Below, one piece after another: positions 8,016 through 17,987 of a DNA stretch of 58,346 bases (the first letter of the stretch is position 1; each line of letters opens with the position of its first letter). The translations under genes and the position numbers were made by a program. The stretch is taken from positions 62,001-120,346 of the IMG/VR virus record IMGVR_UViG_3300044639_001309. One strand, 5' to 3'. The stretch comes from an uncultured virus (IMG/VR IMGVR_UViG_3300044639_001309) (taxonomy: Duplodnaviria > Heunggongvirae > Uroviricota > Caudoviricetes). A model generated the notes under the pieces. The model was not told the origin of the DNA. It worked only from the letters and a program-made list of their open reading frames with translations, and ran no database searches.

Positions 8016-10334
8016 TTAAATCTTGCAACTGTCACAATCATCCGCAGATTGATCGACAGTAGTATCAACACTTTCTAACAGTATTGACTTTCCTTGCGAC
8101 AGTCTTTCAGCGTCAATTTCTCCGCTACCATCGTATGTATTGAAATAGTATAGCTGTTTGCCACCATACTTAAAGAACATGATAAGATGCTTGAGCATTT
8201 CGCTCATTGGAATCTTTTCATCTTCGAAAAATTGTGGATTGTAACTTGTGTTAACGCTAATACCCTGATCAATATATTTTTGCAGGACTGCCATAATTTT
8301 CAAATATCCCTCTGGGCTTTTTTGACTCCATAGCAGTTCATATTTGTTTTTTAGTCGACGATACTCTGGTACAACCTGCTTGAGCACACCATCTTTACTT
8401 TGTTTAATAGAAACATAGCTACGAGGTGGTTCAACCCCGTTGGTACTGTTGCTAATTTGCGCACTAGTCTCTGCTGGCATTAGAGCCATCAGTGTACTAT
8501 TACGAATACCATGCTCGCGTAATTGACTACGTAGACCTTCCCAGTTAACATAGTCAACATGCGGGACTAGTTCGTCAACTTCATGTTTATATGTGTCGAT
8601 TGGAAGAATACCATCACCGTATTTGGTTTCATTGTTCTTGGGACATGCTCCTCTTTCCTTGGCAAGATCTGCGCTGGCTTTAATTAGGTAATAACTCCAG
8701 TACTGTGCCCATTTGTCAACCACTGGTAATGCCCTTGGGTCAGTATAGGTTAAATCATTTTTTGCTAACCAGTAGGCAAAATTAATAATGCCAACGCCTA
8801 ATGGTCTGCGATTTTGTGTAGCAAGTTCGGCAGCAATAATAGGATAACTTTGATAGGATAACAAATTGTCTAGTCCTCGAACAGCAAGTGTACAGGCTTT
8901 TTCCATGTCTTCGGGTTCTCTAAACACTCCCCAGTTGATAGCACTCAATGTACATAGTGCAATTTCGCCTTCGGTGTCGTGTATGTCTTTAAGAGGTTTA
9001 GTCGGCAAATCAATTTCACAGCAAAGATTGCTTTGTTTAATTGGTGCAAGTTCAGGTTTGAAACTGCTGTGACTGTTGGCGTGGTCAACGTTCTGCAAGT
9101 ACACACGACCTGTATCTTTACGTTCTTGCATGAATGCAGTAAACAGATCAATTGCCTTGACTTTCTTTTTACGCAACTTGGTATTACGTTCGGCTGTTTC
9201 GTATAGTTCTCTGAAACGATCTACATCAGCATAAAACGCATCAAACATTTCAGGAACATCGTGTGGACTAAACAACGTGATGTCACCTCCACTGAGTAAT
9301 CGTTCGTACATGACTTTGTTGAACTGTACTCCGTAGTCCATGTGTCGAACACGATTGTCTTCGGTGCCTTTGTTGTTTTTAAGAACCAACAGGTCTTCAA
9401 CTTCTAAATGCCATACTGGATAATACAATGTTGCCGCTCCATTACGAACGCCACCTTGGCTACAACTGCGTGTGCCAGCCTGGAACATTTTATAAAAGGG
9501 AATAACACCAGTGTGGTAAGCATCTCCATTACGGATGGGACTACCAATAGCACGGATGCGTCCGGCGCCGATGCCAATACCGGCCTTTTGACTTACATAT
9601 TTTACAATACTAGATGTCGTAGCGTTGATGCTGTCTAGGCTATCATCTGTTTCAATGAGAACGCAGGAACTGAATTGACGTTGCGGTGTTCTAACTCCAG
9701 CCATTACTGGAGTAGGCAAACTAATTTGATGTGTGCTAATTGCATCGTAGTAATCCTTAACCCACATCATCCGTGCTTCTTTGGGATATTTGCTAAACAA
9801 TGTTGCCGCAATAAGCATGTATGCAACCTGTGGTGTTTCTAATATCTCTTTGGTCACACGATTTTGTACAAGATATTTGCCGCGGAACTGTTCCATAGCC
9901 GCATAGGTCAATTGGTCGTCGCGATCATGTTTAACATGTCCATTTAAACGTTCCCACTCTTCTGAACTATAATCAGCTAGTAGCTCATGATCATAAAACC
10001 CACGAGCTACATTTTGTTCTACCAACTGAAAAAGATCACATGGTTCATATTTGCCATAGACTTCTTTACGCAAGTGATAGTTGATTAACCGACCAGCAAC
10101 ATATTGATAATTTGGAGTTTCTTCACTGATTAGATCAGCGGCACTTTTTATTAGAGTTTCTTGAATGCTTGCAGTTGGGATTCCGTTGTAAAACTGTAAA
10201 TGGCTTTTGATTTCTAATTCACTAGCACTGACTCCTGTGATTCCTTCTGTGGCCCAAAAAACTACTTTATGCATTTTTTCGAGATTGAGTGGTTCTCGAT
10301 TACCATCTCTTTTTGTTACTTGTATTTGTGTCAT
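8016..10334 (-). CDS. nrdA: ribonucleotide reductase class Ia alpha subunit with ATP cone
   Basis: VTKRDG ATP cone, PTPVMAG, FSSCVL, SNLCCEI, LYYFN, C-terminal CDSC. Confidence 0.98.
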   Translation of the reverse strand: MTQIQVTKRDGNREPLNLEKMHKVVFWATEGITGVSASELEIKSHLQFYNGIPTASIQETLIKSAADLISEETPNYQYVAGRLINYHLRKEVYGKYEPCDLFQLVEQNVARGFYDHELLADYSSEEWERLNGHVKHDRDDQLTYAAMEQFRGKYLVQNRVTKEILETPQVAYMLIAATLFSKYPKEARMMWVKDYYDAISTHQISLPTPVMAGVRTPQRQFSSCVLIETDDSLDSINATTSSIVKYVSQKAGIGIGAGRIRAIGSPIRNGDAYHTGVIPFYKMFQAGTRSCSQGGVRNGAATLYYPVWHLEVEDLLVLKNNKGTEDNRVRHMDYGVQFNKVMYERLLSGGDITLFSPHDVPEMFDAFYADVDRFRELYETAERNTKLRKKKVKAIDLFTAFMQERKDTGRVYLQNVDHANSHSSFKPELAPIKQSNLCCEIDLPTKPLKDIHDTEGEIALCTLSAINWGVFREPEDMEKACTLAVRGLDNLLSYQSYPIIAAELATQNRRPLGVGIINFAYWLAKNDLTYTDPRALPVVDKWAQYWSYYLIKASADLAKERGACPKNNETKYGDGILPIDTYKHEVDELVPHVDYVNWEGLRSQLREHGIRNSTLMALMPAETSAQISNSTNGVEPPRSYVSIKQSKDGVLKQVVPEYRRLKNKYELLWSQKSPEGYLKIMAVLQKYIDQGISVNTSYNPQFFEDEKIPMSEMLKHLIMFFKYGGKQLYYFNTYDGSGEIDAERLSQGKSILLESVDTTVDQSADDCDSCKI

Positions 10335-10337
10335 TGT

Positions 10338-10763
10338 TTAACCTATTAAATAGCGTACTTTTTCGCTGTCAAGCGTTTTTTTAATTTTGATGTTTGCGGT
10401 AGAGATATTTAACAACTCTTCCGGGGACCAATTCAGTATATATTTCCCTTGGTTGATCAGGACTAAATTAGTCTCGTCACAACTGGCCAATTCAATTTTG
10501 TCAATATCTGGATGGTCTATCATCATAGTAGTATACACTATTCCTAGTGATCTTGCAAGATCACAGAACAGATTATCTGACAAAAGTTCCCAGGGATTTG
10601 GCCATGTTTCCAGATCGTCCCAATGTAGGTGGTACGGAGACCAAGGTGTTTGTTGCCACCAATGGTTTATTTTGTTTAAAGATGATTCAAGGCTAAGATT
10701 CTTAGCCTCTTCTCGAAGAATGGACCATTGTACTAAACGGTCCTCAAATTTTACAGGCCACAT
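10338..10763 (-). CDS. hypothetical protein (Trp-rich)
   Basis: 141-aa ORF tightly packed in the operon. Confidence 0.75.
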   Translation of the reverse strand: MWPVKFEDRLVQWSILREEAKNLSLESSLNKINHWWQQTPWSPYHLHWDDLETWPNPWELLSDNLFCDLARSLGIVYTTMMIDHPDIDKIELASCDETNLVLINQGKYILNWSPEELLNISTANIKIKKTLDSEKVRYLIG

Positions 10764-10766
10764 TAA

Positions 10767-12353
10767 TTAAGCAAGGTGAGCAATAGAATAAGTTAGTGTT
10801 CCGGGATCCCCGGTGTTGGTTGTGGTGTATTTTACAGACACAGTATTAACTACCTGTGTTGCAGAAAGCGTGACACCAGCAGTTAAGTTTTCAGTGTAGT
10901 CATCACTGTAGGATAATGTTAAACTACTGTCATCGCTGATCTGTGCAGTAACAATCATTGTGCCGTGTCTAATCGAACTAGAACGAGAGATAGTATAATC
11001 AAATCTAAAAGCCTTGGTGTCAATTGAATTGACACTAAAAATTGTTTGGTTGGACTGATTATTACCTAGCGTAAAAGTTTTTCCTGATTCTCTGGCATAT
11101 CTACCCAGCTGAATCAATGTAGTAGTATCCACTGACCCGCCAATGATGTCTATCCGTGGGTAGATGTTGTTGTCAGCATCTGTTCTTGCAAACAAATCAC
11201 TGACTGAAATATTATTGTCATTGCCAAATTTAACAACTGAGCAAGCTGGACTAGTTGTGTAATTGTTACCAACATCTAAGAATGCATTATATGCACTAAC
11301 GTTTAATCCGACTTCGTCATAATATATGCCTTCGGCATAGATTCTATCAAATATATTGTGTACGGCACGGAAGCCCGTAGGACCTCCATTGATAGGTGTT
11401 CCTTCTCCAAGCACAATACCCCTATAGAGTGTGTCAAACTTACTGTTGCTAACTGTTATACCTGAGATTTGATAATCTGTGTTCATACCATATGTTAGGC
11501 CTTGGAATTGACATTTATCAAATACTATTTGATTGCAAACTAAATTGGTAGTACTGTAAAATCTTACGCCGGCAATATCATCAAGACTTTGGTTTGTGCT
11601 AATGTCAGTGTCTGACAATGGTCCAATAAAGTTAACACTATCAAACCAACATTGTGTTGCATCTTCAACATTGAAAATATCTGTTACCACTGAACTTTCA
11701 AAAGTCATTGAAGAAATTTCAATGTTGCGAGGAGCAACTGCTCCGTTGTTTCCAATGTTTGCACCGGTTTGTTGCTGACTATCACCGTAACGTGCAACGT
11801 AAGCAGATAAGCTACTTAAATCAGTAGAGATATCAAGTTGAATAATAGAACAGTTGGCACCTTCGCCAACTAGTTTTGCGTAGGTTGGAATAATCAGTGA
11901 TTCTGTAATTCTATATGTTCCGGCAGGAAAATACAAAGTTCGACGTATTTGGCTATTGGTGTCTCTACAATAAAGTTGGAACAATGCTCGATTAATAGCT
12001 TCTGTATCATCAGCGGCGCCGTCGCCTTTTGCGCCAAAATCCCGTACGTCAGCAATGTCATCAAGCTTGGCCTGAAGCGTTCTAATGGTTGGATCGTCGG
12101 GGGTTGGTCCAGTCTGTGCGGCATACCCTACAGCAATATCTTGATAAGTGTAATTACTTAAAACAGTGATGTCTGAGAATTCTGTTAAAATTTCAGTGTT
12201 GCCGATGACCGGGGCACCTTCGTCGGGTGTTCCGTTGCCTATAAAAAGTTGGCGACTGTCAATACACCAGCCGAATTCAGCTCCTGAAAGCTGTGGAAGG
12301 TTCTCCTGGAGACCTTTCCGATTTGTAATTCTTGATACTTGTACTATAGCCAT
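10767..12353 (-). CDS. virion protein with pectate-lyase-like beta-helix domain (tail/baseplate)
   Basis: N-terminal LPQL..AEFGW..D..QLFIGNG motif; DVRDFGAKGDG..DDTEAI..A and LYFPAGTY (Pectate_lyase_3-like); TAAATA upstream. Confidence 0.8.
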   Translation of the reverse strand: MAIVQVSRITNRKGLQENLPQLSGAEFGWCIDSRQLFIGNGTPDEGAPVIGNTEILTEFSDITVLSNYTYQDIAVGYAAQTGPTPDDPTIRTLQAKLDDIADVRDFGAKGDGAADDTEAINRALFQLYCRDTNSQIRRTLYFPAGTYRITESLIIPTYAKLVGEGANCSIIQLDISTDLSSLSAYVARYGDSQQQTGANIGNNGAVAPRNIEISSMTFESSVVTDIFNVEDATQCWFDSVNFIGPLSDTDISTNQSLDDIAGVRFYSTTNLVCNQIVFDKCQFQGLTYGMNTDYQISGITVSNSKFDTLYRGIVLGEGTPINGGPTGFRAVHNIFDRIYAEGIYYDEVGLNVSAYNAFLDVGNNYTTSPACSVVKFGNDNNISVSDLFARTDADNNIYPRIDIIGGSVDTTTLIQLGRYARESGKTFTLGNNQSNQTIFSVNSIDTKAFRFDYTISRSSSIRHGTMIVTAQISDDSSLTLSYSDDYTENLTAGVTLSATQVVNTVSVKYTTTNTGDPGTLTYSIAHLA

Positions 12354-12398
12354 GTTGTGAGATCCGTTTAGTTCTAGTATTTATTCAGGATCGCAGGC

Positions 12399-13118
12399 TT
12401 ACTGTTGTAGATAAAATTGCTCTACTTTGCGCCACCACAAATCTCGATAGCGGTCAAACTCTGCACCTTCTAACACAAACTCTTGGTATTCTGGGGGTTT
12501 AATGATATTGAATTGGTCGTCAAGATCGGGTTTGACGCACATAAGCACCACACCCTTGCGTATTTTTGTGCCGTGTATTTCATTATGAGCTTCGGCATAA
12601 GCGCACAACTGCACAAAATAGTCGTCAATCCATTCACGCTTTTTGGGCTTGTTGGTTTGCTTGTAATCTAAAATAGCTTCTTCGTTCAAGTGTATGCCGG
12701 CGCCGTCTGTTGTGCCTGCGTAGATGCTGGGAAAGTACAAGGGTACTTCGATTCCCCAGAACTCATTGACATTTTTTAAACCATTGTCCACAACAACCTT
12801 GGCCATGGCATGACTGGGCCAAGAGTAAGGATTTGAACCAGGTTCTTTGATGGTGCCATCACGTACATACTGTTCAAGATATGTGTGCATTCTAGTGCCG
12901 CGATTGGCAGCTTCTGTGGTGATCTGCTGTGCTTTTTCTACCCCTACACTTCGGCGCCAACGATTTAGAGCTTCGACTTTTTCTTGTGGTTTTGTCTTGT
13001 CTAAGATTGTGGTTACACTGGGAAGATTCTTGCCATCGGGTGTGGCATAAAAACGTTTACCATCAACAGTAACTCGAGGAATTGGTTGGTAGTTGTATCG
13101 GTTAATTAATTTTGTCAT
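12399..13118 (-). CDS. PD-(D/E)XK exonuclease
   Basis: PSVTTIL, RGTRMH, IEVPL, AGTTD, LDYKQT, QLCAYA; start placed at the second Met (uncertain). Confidence 0.88.
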   Translation of the reverse strand: MTKLINRYNYQPIPRVTVDGKRFYATPDGKNLPSVTTILDKTKPQEKVEALNRWRRSVGVEKAQQITTEAANRGTRMHTYLEQYVRDGTIKEPGSNPYSWPSHAMAKVVVDNGLKNVNEFWGIEVPLYFPSIYAGTTDGAGIHLNEEAILDYKQTNKPKKREWIDDYFVQLCAYAEAHNEIHGTKIRKGVVLMCVKPDLDDQFNIIKPPEYQEFVLEGAEFDRYRDLWWRKVEQFYLQQ

Positions 13119-13713
13119 TGTAAATTTTATCAAGTTGATTTTCTTTAAGTGGATTGTATGCTGTGTGAGGTCTGAACACTTCGGATTCCATTAATGAATC
13201 AAACGTGTCTTTGCACTGATTATAATTTTTAATTAAAGTTTTAATATTATGTGGGGATTTTGGAGTTTCTTGTATTTTTCTAACTGGAACAATGTTTAGT
13301 CTATCAAATACTGTTTGATGGTTATTGATGAAATCTTCAAAATAAAAAACTTCTATGTTCTTGTATAATTTTGCAGTTTCAGAAGTTGTGCAACTTTGTT
13401 GATACCAACGATGCCAACTAAACTGATATGCAAATTCTGAATTGGAACCATTGCAATCAATATCAAATGGTTCTATAGTTTTTCCTGAATATTCAACATA
13501 TTCGTCTGTTCGTTTAGCAATACACATTGATAAAATAGATGCAAGAAGGTCTCTGCGATCGCAGATTACTAAAACTGAATTTTTATTGATAGTCGGTAAT
13601 ACAAGATCATGTGTATGTGTAACTTGGTGCCAGTCAACACAACATCCGATAAGTTTGCTTAAAAATATACTGCCGGACCTGCCAGCAGATGTAACCAGGT
13701 ACTCAACACTCAT
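13102..13713 (-). CDS. sulfotransferase-like / P-loop protein
   Basis: TSAGRSGS 5'-PSB-like loop, RRDLLASILS, YFEDF; TAATG coupling with iscA. Confidence 0.6.
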   Translation of the reverse strand: MSVEYLVTSAGRSGSIFLSKLIGCCVDWHQVTHTHDLVLPTINKNSVLVICDRRDLLASILSMCIAKRTDEYVEYSGKTIEPFDIDCNGSNSEFAYQFSWHRWYQQSCTTSETAKLYKNIEVFYFEDFINNHQTVFDRLNIVPVRKIQETPKSPHNIKTLIKNYNQCKDTFDSLMESEVFRPHTAYNPLKENQLDKIYNDKIN

Positions 13714-14036
13714 TACACTCTGAAACTTTCTCCACAACCACAGCGATCTCTTTCATTGGGATTGATAAAATCCATGCCTTGTTTGAGACCATCGCTTTTC
13801 CATACCATGGTTAGTCCATTTAAATAAGGCATATCTTTTGGACTAACATAAACTTTAAAACCGCTTGGATCTTCATAGTCTACTACATCATCCAGTGGGT
13901 TGTCAACGAATTCGACACGGTAAGCTAATCCACTACACCCAGTGGTGTGTACGCTTATTCGTATTCCTAGACCTTTGCCTCGACCGATTAGTGCTTGTTG
14001 TATTTTTTGAGAAGCATCATCAGATATATTAATCAT
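13713..14036 (-). CDS. iscA: Fe-S cluster assembly A-type carrier IscA
   Basis: TTGCSGLAY and NPNERDRCGCGESF; start MINISD at 14036. Confidence 0.93.
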   Translation of the reverse strand: MINISDDASQKIQQALIGRGKGLGIRISVHTTGCSGLAYRVEFVDNPLDDVVDYEDPSGFKVYVSPKDMPYLNGLTMVWKSDGLKQGMDFINPNERDRCGCGESFRV

Positions 14037-14619
14037 TTTTAAAATAACCTCCGCAGGCAAAGCTAACACGTAATATATCATCAACCACAGGGCCAAGTGG
14101 TTGGTGTAGGCAAGAGCCGTTGTGCCCAACTAGCTGACCCGGCTCGGGTAAAATTCTTTCTGTAACATTTAACTCAGTGTCGTAATAGAGTAATGGGCCA
14201 CCCCAGCTTTTTTCCCAAGTTGGGTTTAAATAAATCACAGTTGATTCGTAGCTGGAAATATCATCTTCCAGGTCTCTATGAATTACATCATCCTGTCCTT
14301 TTGTTAGCCCGTTAATCACAAAATTAAATATTTGAAAATTTGGGCCATATGCCTGCATAACTTTATCTAGAATTGTAACCCAGATTGGAGATATAGTTGA
14401 CTGCCAATTGGGCTGATTTACAAACCATGTGCTAGGGTCTGATTGTAATATTTTACCTGAGTAACTAGAAAACACACGATAACGCCATACATTTTTAGTT
14501 ACACTATTATCAAAAGAACATCTCTTAGAATATTGCCACTTTGGATTGTTTGTAATTTCTGCCCAGGCCAAATCTAATTCATCTTTTGTTAAAAAATTTG
14601 GAATGTTTCTTAAAATCAT
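14029..14619 (-). CDS. 2OG-Fe(II) oxygenase (prolyl-hydroxylase-like)
   Basis: HRD..., YLNPTW...WGG.L, H...R.S double-stranded beta-helix motifs. Confidence 0.85.
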   Translation of the reverse strand: MILRNIPNFLTKDELDLAWAEITNNPKWQYSKRCSFDNSVTKNVWRYRVFSSYSGKILQSDPSTWFVNQPNWQSTISPIWVTILDKVMQAYGPNFQIFNFVINGLTKGQDDVIHRDLEDDISSYESTVIYLNPTWEKSWGGPLLYYDTELNVTERILPEPGQLVGHNGSCLHQPLGPVVDDILRVSFACGGYFKND

Positions 14620-15002
14620 CTAGCATGTCTTTTTTTATAATCTTCCACAGCCGCTTTGATTGCGTCTTCAGCTAGAATACTACAGTGAATCTTAACAGGA
14701 GGCAGAGCTAGTTCTTCGGCAATTTCGGAATTTTTGAGTTGGCTGGCTTGGTCGATGTGCATGCCTTTGACCCATTCTGTAACGAGGCTCGAACTCGCAA
14801 TAGCCGATCCGCAGCCATACGTTTTAAATTTTGCATCTGTAATAATACCTGTATCATTATCAACCTTTATCTGTAGTTTCATCACGTCACCGCAAGCAGG
14901 TGCGCCAACCATACCAGTACCAATATCAGTATCAGCCTTGTCAAAAGATCCGACATTCCTGGGATTTTCATAGTGATCAATTACCTTGTTTGAGTACGCC
15001 AT
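14616..15002 (-). CDS. iscU: Fe-S cluster scaffold IscU
   Basis: MAYSNKVIDHYENPRNVG, APACGDVM, GCGSAIAS, LPPVKIHCS. Confidence 0.97.
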   Translation of the reverse strand: MAYSNKVIDHYENPRNVGSFDKADTDIGTGMVGAPACGDVMKLQIKVDNDTGIITDAKFKTYGCGSAIASSSLVTEWVKGMHIDQASQLKNSEIAEELALPPVKIHCSILAEDAIKAAVEDYKKRHAR

Positions 15003-15126
15003 GTGATTTCTTAATTTAATATTCCGTAGGCTATGCACCATAGCTCTAAACTTATCTTATACAATAAGTATGTGCTCAATAATCCTGTTGTTACTAACAG
15101 GATCTTGTTTTGTAATAATTTTTCTA

Positions 15127-15441
15127 TCATTGATAACAGGTCCGTGTGCGTGTGATTGTTCCATCAGAGTGTTGTGTTTCTGTCCACAGACTACAACTTT
15201 GTTGCGCAACCACTGGAGGATTTTGTACAATTACCGGCTGTTGAACAATGACACGCTGTTGTTTGGCAATTTCATAACCAATCATACCTGTTACAACAGG
15301 TGCAACCCACCAACCAATACTTGATCCGCCGTGGTGTCTGTGGTGGTAAGATCCAAGCCCTTTACCGTGGTATCCATGATGTTGTGCCACAGCTGGCAAT
15401 GTTGCACAGGCTAATGCCAGAGTGATGAATAATTTTTTCAT
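15127..15441 (-). CDS. secreted/periplasmic His-rich small protein
   Basis: Signal peptide MKKLFITLALACATLPAVA; His/Gly-rich segment; GGAG RBS. Confidence 0.75.
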   Translation of the reverse strand: MKKLFITLALACATLPAVAQHHGYHGKGLGSYHHRHHGGSSIGWWVAPVVTGMIGYEIAKQQRVIVQQPVIVQNPPVVAQQSCSLWTETQHSDGTITRTRTCYQ

Positions 15442-15522
15442 AACATTTCTCCAAAAGTATTATAATATAACGCCTAAGAACTGTTATTAGTTTACAGGAT
15501 TTAACTGATTAAGTCAAGTCTT

Positions 15523-15858
15523 TTATAAACCTTTTTTGTTCAAAGCTCGTTTGGCCATTTTGTCAACTGTGTCTCTAGCCTTGTCTACAGACATAGTAGA
15601 GTCTGGGACTTGTGCTCCTGCAAAAACGATGTCGTTGCCCTGAATATTATCTATTAGATTACTAAGGGGAGGTTGTTGTATTGCTGTTATCAATTGATCC
15701 TTACTAAGACTAATTCCCATACTTTGGGCTAATCTTAAAAAGGCATCAACTGATATTTGTTTTTGGGCGTTGGTGTCACCCGCACGACCAATTAAAAATT
15801 GTGTTAACGCTTCAAGTTCAGAATTATTAACACCTTGTTCAATCTCGTCTAGTCGCAT
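15523..15858 (-). CDS. hypothetical head-associated protein
   Basis: MRLDE N-terminus; TAATG coupling. Confidence 0.7.
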   Translation of the reverse strand: MRLDEIEQGVNNSELEALTQFLIGRAGDTNAQKQISVDAFLRLAQSMGISLSKDQLITAIQQPPLSNLIDNIQGNDIVFAGAQVPDSTMSVDKARDTVDKMAKRALNKKGL

Positions 15859-16751
15859 TATCGACGATCACGACCCAGTGACGACGCTGGAGGTAAATCA
15901 TCTTCGGCAGCGTCGACATCTAAGTCTGCGGCATCTGCGTCAAGATCAGCGGCATCGCCATCTAGGTCAGCACTAGCATCAAGATCGGCAGCTGGGTCAG
16001 CGGCTAAATCTTCTTCGCCAGGAACAACAGGTGCTTGTCCAGTTAATACGGCTTGGGCGCCTTCGAGTTGAGTTTTGCCTGCTTGCACAGCACCTAGTAA
16101 TGTGCTCAATGCGGCTGTGGCATCAGCTTGGAACTTGGTGGCTTGATCAACACCCATGTCATTACGAATGCTGTCAGTTAATGCTGGTAAGTCTTTGAAC
16201 TGCATTTCAGAGATCTGTTCAAGCATTTTCTGAATCTGGTCAACCATGTCCTGTGCGGCTAAAACAACCTGAGCTTGTTGAATTTCGCTTTCTCTTAATC
16301 GACGTTTTGCAATTCTTGTTGTCTCTGCCATGCCTAGATTAGGTTGGCTTATTTGCTTTTGAATATTACGAACTTGCTCCTGCGCTGCCTTCAGTTGATC
16401 TTGTAGAGCTTTTTTCTGCTTGGCAATTTGCATACCCATCTGTGCAGGATTAACTGCTGGCTGACCAGGGACAGCCCCGGCTGTGCCAGGTGCTGGAGGA
16501 ATTTGCTCTGAAAGTTTACTAGCAAGTCCTTGCTCAAGCATGATCAGCTTTAGGTAAGCGGGCTGTCTTTCACTCTTGTGAAAAGCAGGAGTGCTTTGAT
16601 GCTCCTTGATTAGGTTTCTAACCTGTGCGAGCATCTGGCGTGTTTGGCCAGTGTTCAACCGGTCAAAGTGTACAGAATAACCTAAACGGTTTTCAAGTAC
16701 CTTTTCGGTCTGTTTTGAAATTTGACGTGCGTCCAGTTCTTGCAGTTTCAT
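15858..16751 (-). CDS. putative prohead core/scaffold-like coiled-coil protein
   Basis: MKLQEL start, coiled coil, very acidic Asp/Ala C-terminus ending LGRDRR. Confidence 0.65.
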   Translation of the reverse strand: MKLQELDARQISKQTEKVLENRLGYSVHFDRLNTGQTRQMLAQVRNLIKEHQSTPAFHKSERQPAYLKLIMLEQGLASKLSEQIPPAPGTAGAVPGQPAVNPAQMGMQIAKQKKALQDQLKAAQEQVRNIQKQISQPNLGMAETTRIAKRRLRESEIQQAQVVLAAQDMVDQIQKMLEQISEMQFKDLPALTDSIRNDMGVDQATKFQADATAALSTLLGAVQAGKTQLEGAQAVLTGQAPVVPGEEDLAADPAADLDASADLDGDAADLDADAADLDVDAAEDDLPPASSLGRDRR

Positions 16752-17220
16752 TATTGAATCCTCTAATTTGCCAGTATTTAGCCAGATTTACACATTTGTC
16801 TAGCTGTTCTTTTATAGATACTATGTGCATCTTTTTGTTTTGAACTTTAAGATATGCAATTTCTCTATGATTTTGATCTTTAAAACTTCGAGCCAGTAAT
16901 TCACGTACACTGACGTCCCTAGATAAATGTGTGATTTTTTCATCTAGCATTTTTATAGTATTAGATAAGTTATACTGATTGTATTTGTCTGAGATGCACC
17001 AACTGATAGCATAGCGCATGGTTGAAAACTCCCCACAAACAGTATCTCTTATTTTAACTACAAATACGTTGTTTTCTTTAAAGATAAAGTATTTGTCAAA
17101 CACCTGGTATTGATTGCTTCCGTCTAATGGAATAATCATATTGTTTTTCAACAAATCCAGTTCAGGCTGAACCAGTTGCTCAAGACGAACCAGTGCGTTT
17201 TTTATTGTTTGTTTTTTCAT
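16693..17220 (-). CDS. hypothetical protein
   Basis: 175-aa ORF, ATGA coupling. Confidence 0.7.
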   Translation of the reverse strand: MKKQTIKNALVRLEQLVQPELDLLKNNMIIPLDGSNQYQVFDKYFIFKENNVFVVKIRDTVCGEFSTMRYAISWCISDKYNQYNLSNTIKMLDEKITHLSRDVSVRELLARSFKDQNHREIAYLKVQNKKMHIVSIKEQLDKCVNLAKYWQIRGFNNETARTGRTSNFKTDRKGT

Positions 17221-17477
17221 TTAAGTATATACTGTGTCACTAACCAAGCCACTGTAGCAGTTAGTGTTCCAATAATTCCTAAGCCCCAATTGATCAACTG
17301 AGAGTTTCGTTTTTCTGCCATTGTCTGAATCATGACATGCATTTCTTTAATGTCATTTTTAATTTCGTCTATGCAAACAATCATGCTGTCTATGCGAGTT
17401 TCCAATGCATTGTAGCGTTCTGCGCACAGTTCAACGTGCGCTTCTAAACTTTTCTTTTCAATATCAGTTGTATCCAT
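17217..17477 (-). CDS. coiled-coil plus C-terminal TM protein (holin/XhlA-like)
   Basis: LEAHVELCAERY coiled coil then a hydrophobic helix; TAAATA upstream. Confidence 0.65.
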   Translation of the reverse strand: MDTTDIEKKSLEAHVELCAERYNALETRIDSMIVCIDEIKNDIKEMHVMIQTMAEKRNSQLINWGLGIIGTLTATVAWLVTQYILK

Positions 17478-17495
17478 GATTGTTTCCCCAATACG

Positions 17496-17921
17496 TTATT
17501 TATTGTGTGCAGACTCAAAAACAATGTTTGTTCTAGGGATTAACACACCATCAAATCTATCTGTTTCTTCTAGATTAACCAGCATAGGAACACCATTACA
17601 GTCATAGTATAGGGCGCCAACGCTGTCGTTGCCTAATTGTAAGGCTGTTGGTTGTTCGACCGTGAATTCAAATTCCCAGATTTTTTTGCCATCTTCTGTC
17701 ACTGTCACAGGATCAGTAATGTCCACAGGAGAGGTTCTAAGACTAATGATTTGATTAACTGTTTCCCAGTTTCTCTGTTGATTTCTAGCATGGTGCCAGT
17801 CGCTTTGACTGTTGACAGTTGTACCTGTTTTTGTTGTTAACGGTATCTGTGAGGCTTTAAAATGACTTTTTATACCAGTTGGCGTAATGTCAAAATACGT
17901 ATAACATCTCAATCTTATCAT
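17496..17921 (-). CDS. hypothetical late protein
   Basis: Start at 17921, 4 nt after TAAATA. Confidence 0.7.
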   Translation of the reverse strand: MIRLRCYTYFDITPTGIKSHFKASQIPLTTKTGTTVNSQSDWHHARNQQRNWETVNQIISLRTSPVDITDPVTVTEDGKKIWEFEFTVEQPTALQLGNDSVGALYYDCNGVPMLVNLEETDRFDGVLIPRTNIVFESAHNK

Positions 17922-17937
17922 ATGGTATTTAACGGCC

Positions 17938-17965
17938 AAAAAAAACCCTGGAATAAATCCAGGGT
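17938..17965 (-). terminator. intrinsic terminator
   Basis: accctgga/tccagggt stem with U-tract on the minus strand. Confidence 0.85.
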
Positions 17966-17987
17966 AGTTTTACACGGTGAGTGTTGA

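Noticed and set aside
6876..10334. Introns, inteins or homing endonucleases in nrdAB (also checked terL, helicase and uvsX)
   Set aside because: The ORFs are uninterrupted and of normal length.
12399..13118. Nuclease as CRISPR-associated Cas4
   Set aside because: It lacks the four-Cys Fe-S cluster pattern and there is no CRISPR context.
13713..15041. Long N-terminal extensions of IscA and IscU in the ORF track (similar cases at 6208, 38945, 40316, 42069)
   Set aside because: Downstream starts match family N-termini or gene coupling, so the extensions are ORF-caller artefacts.
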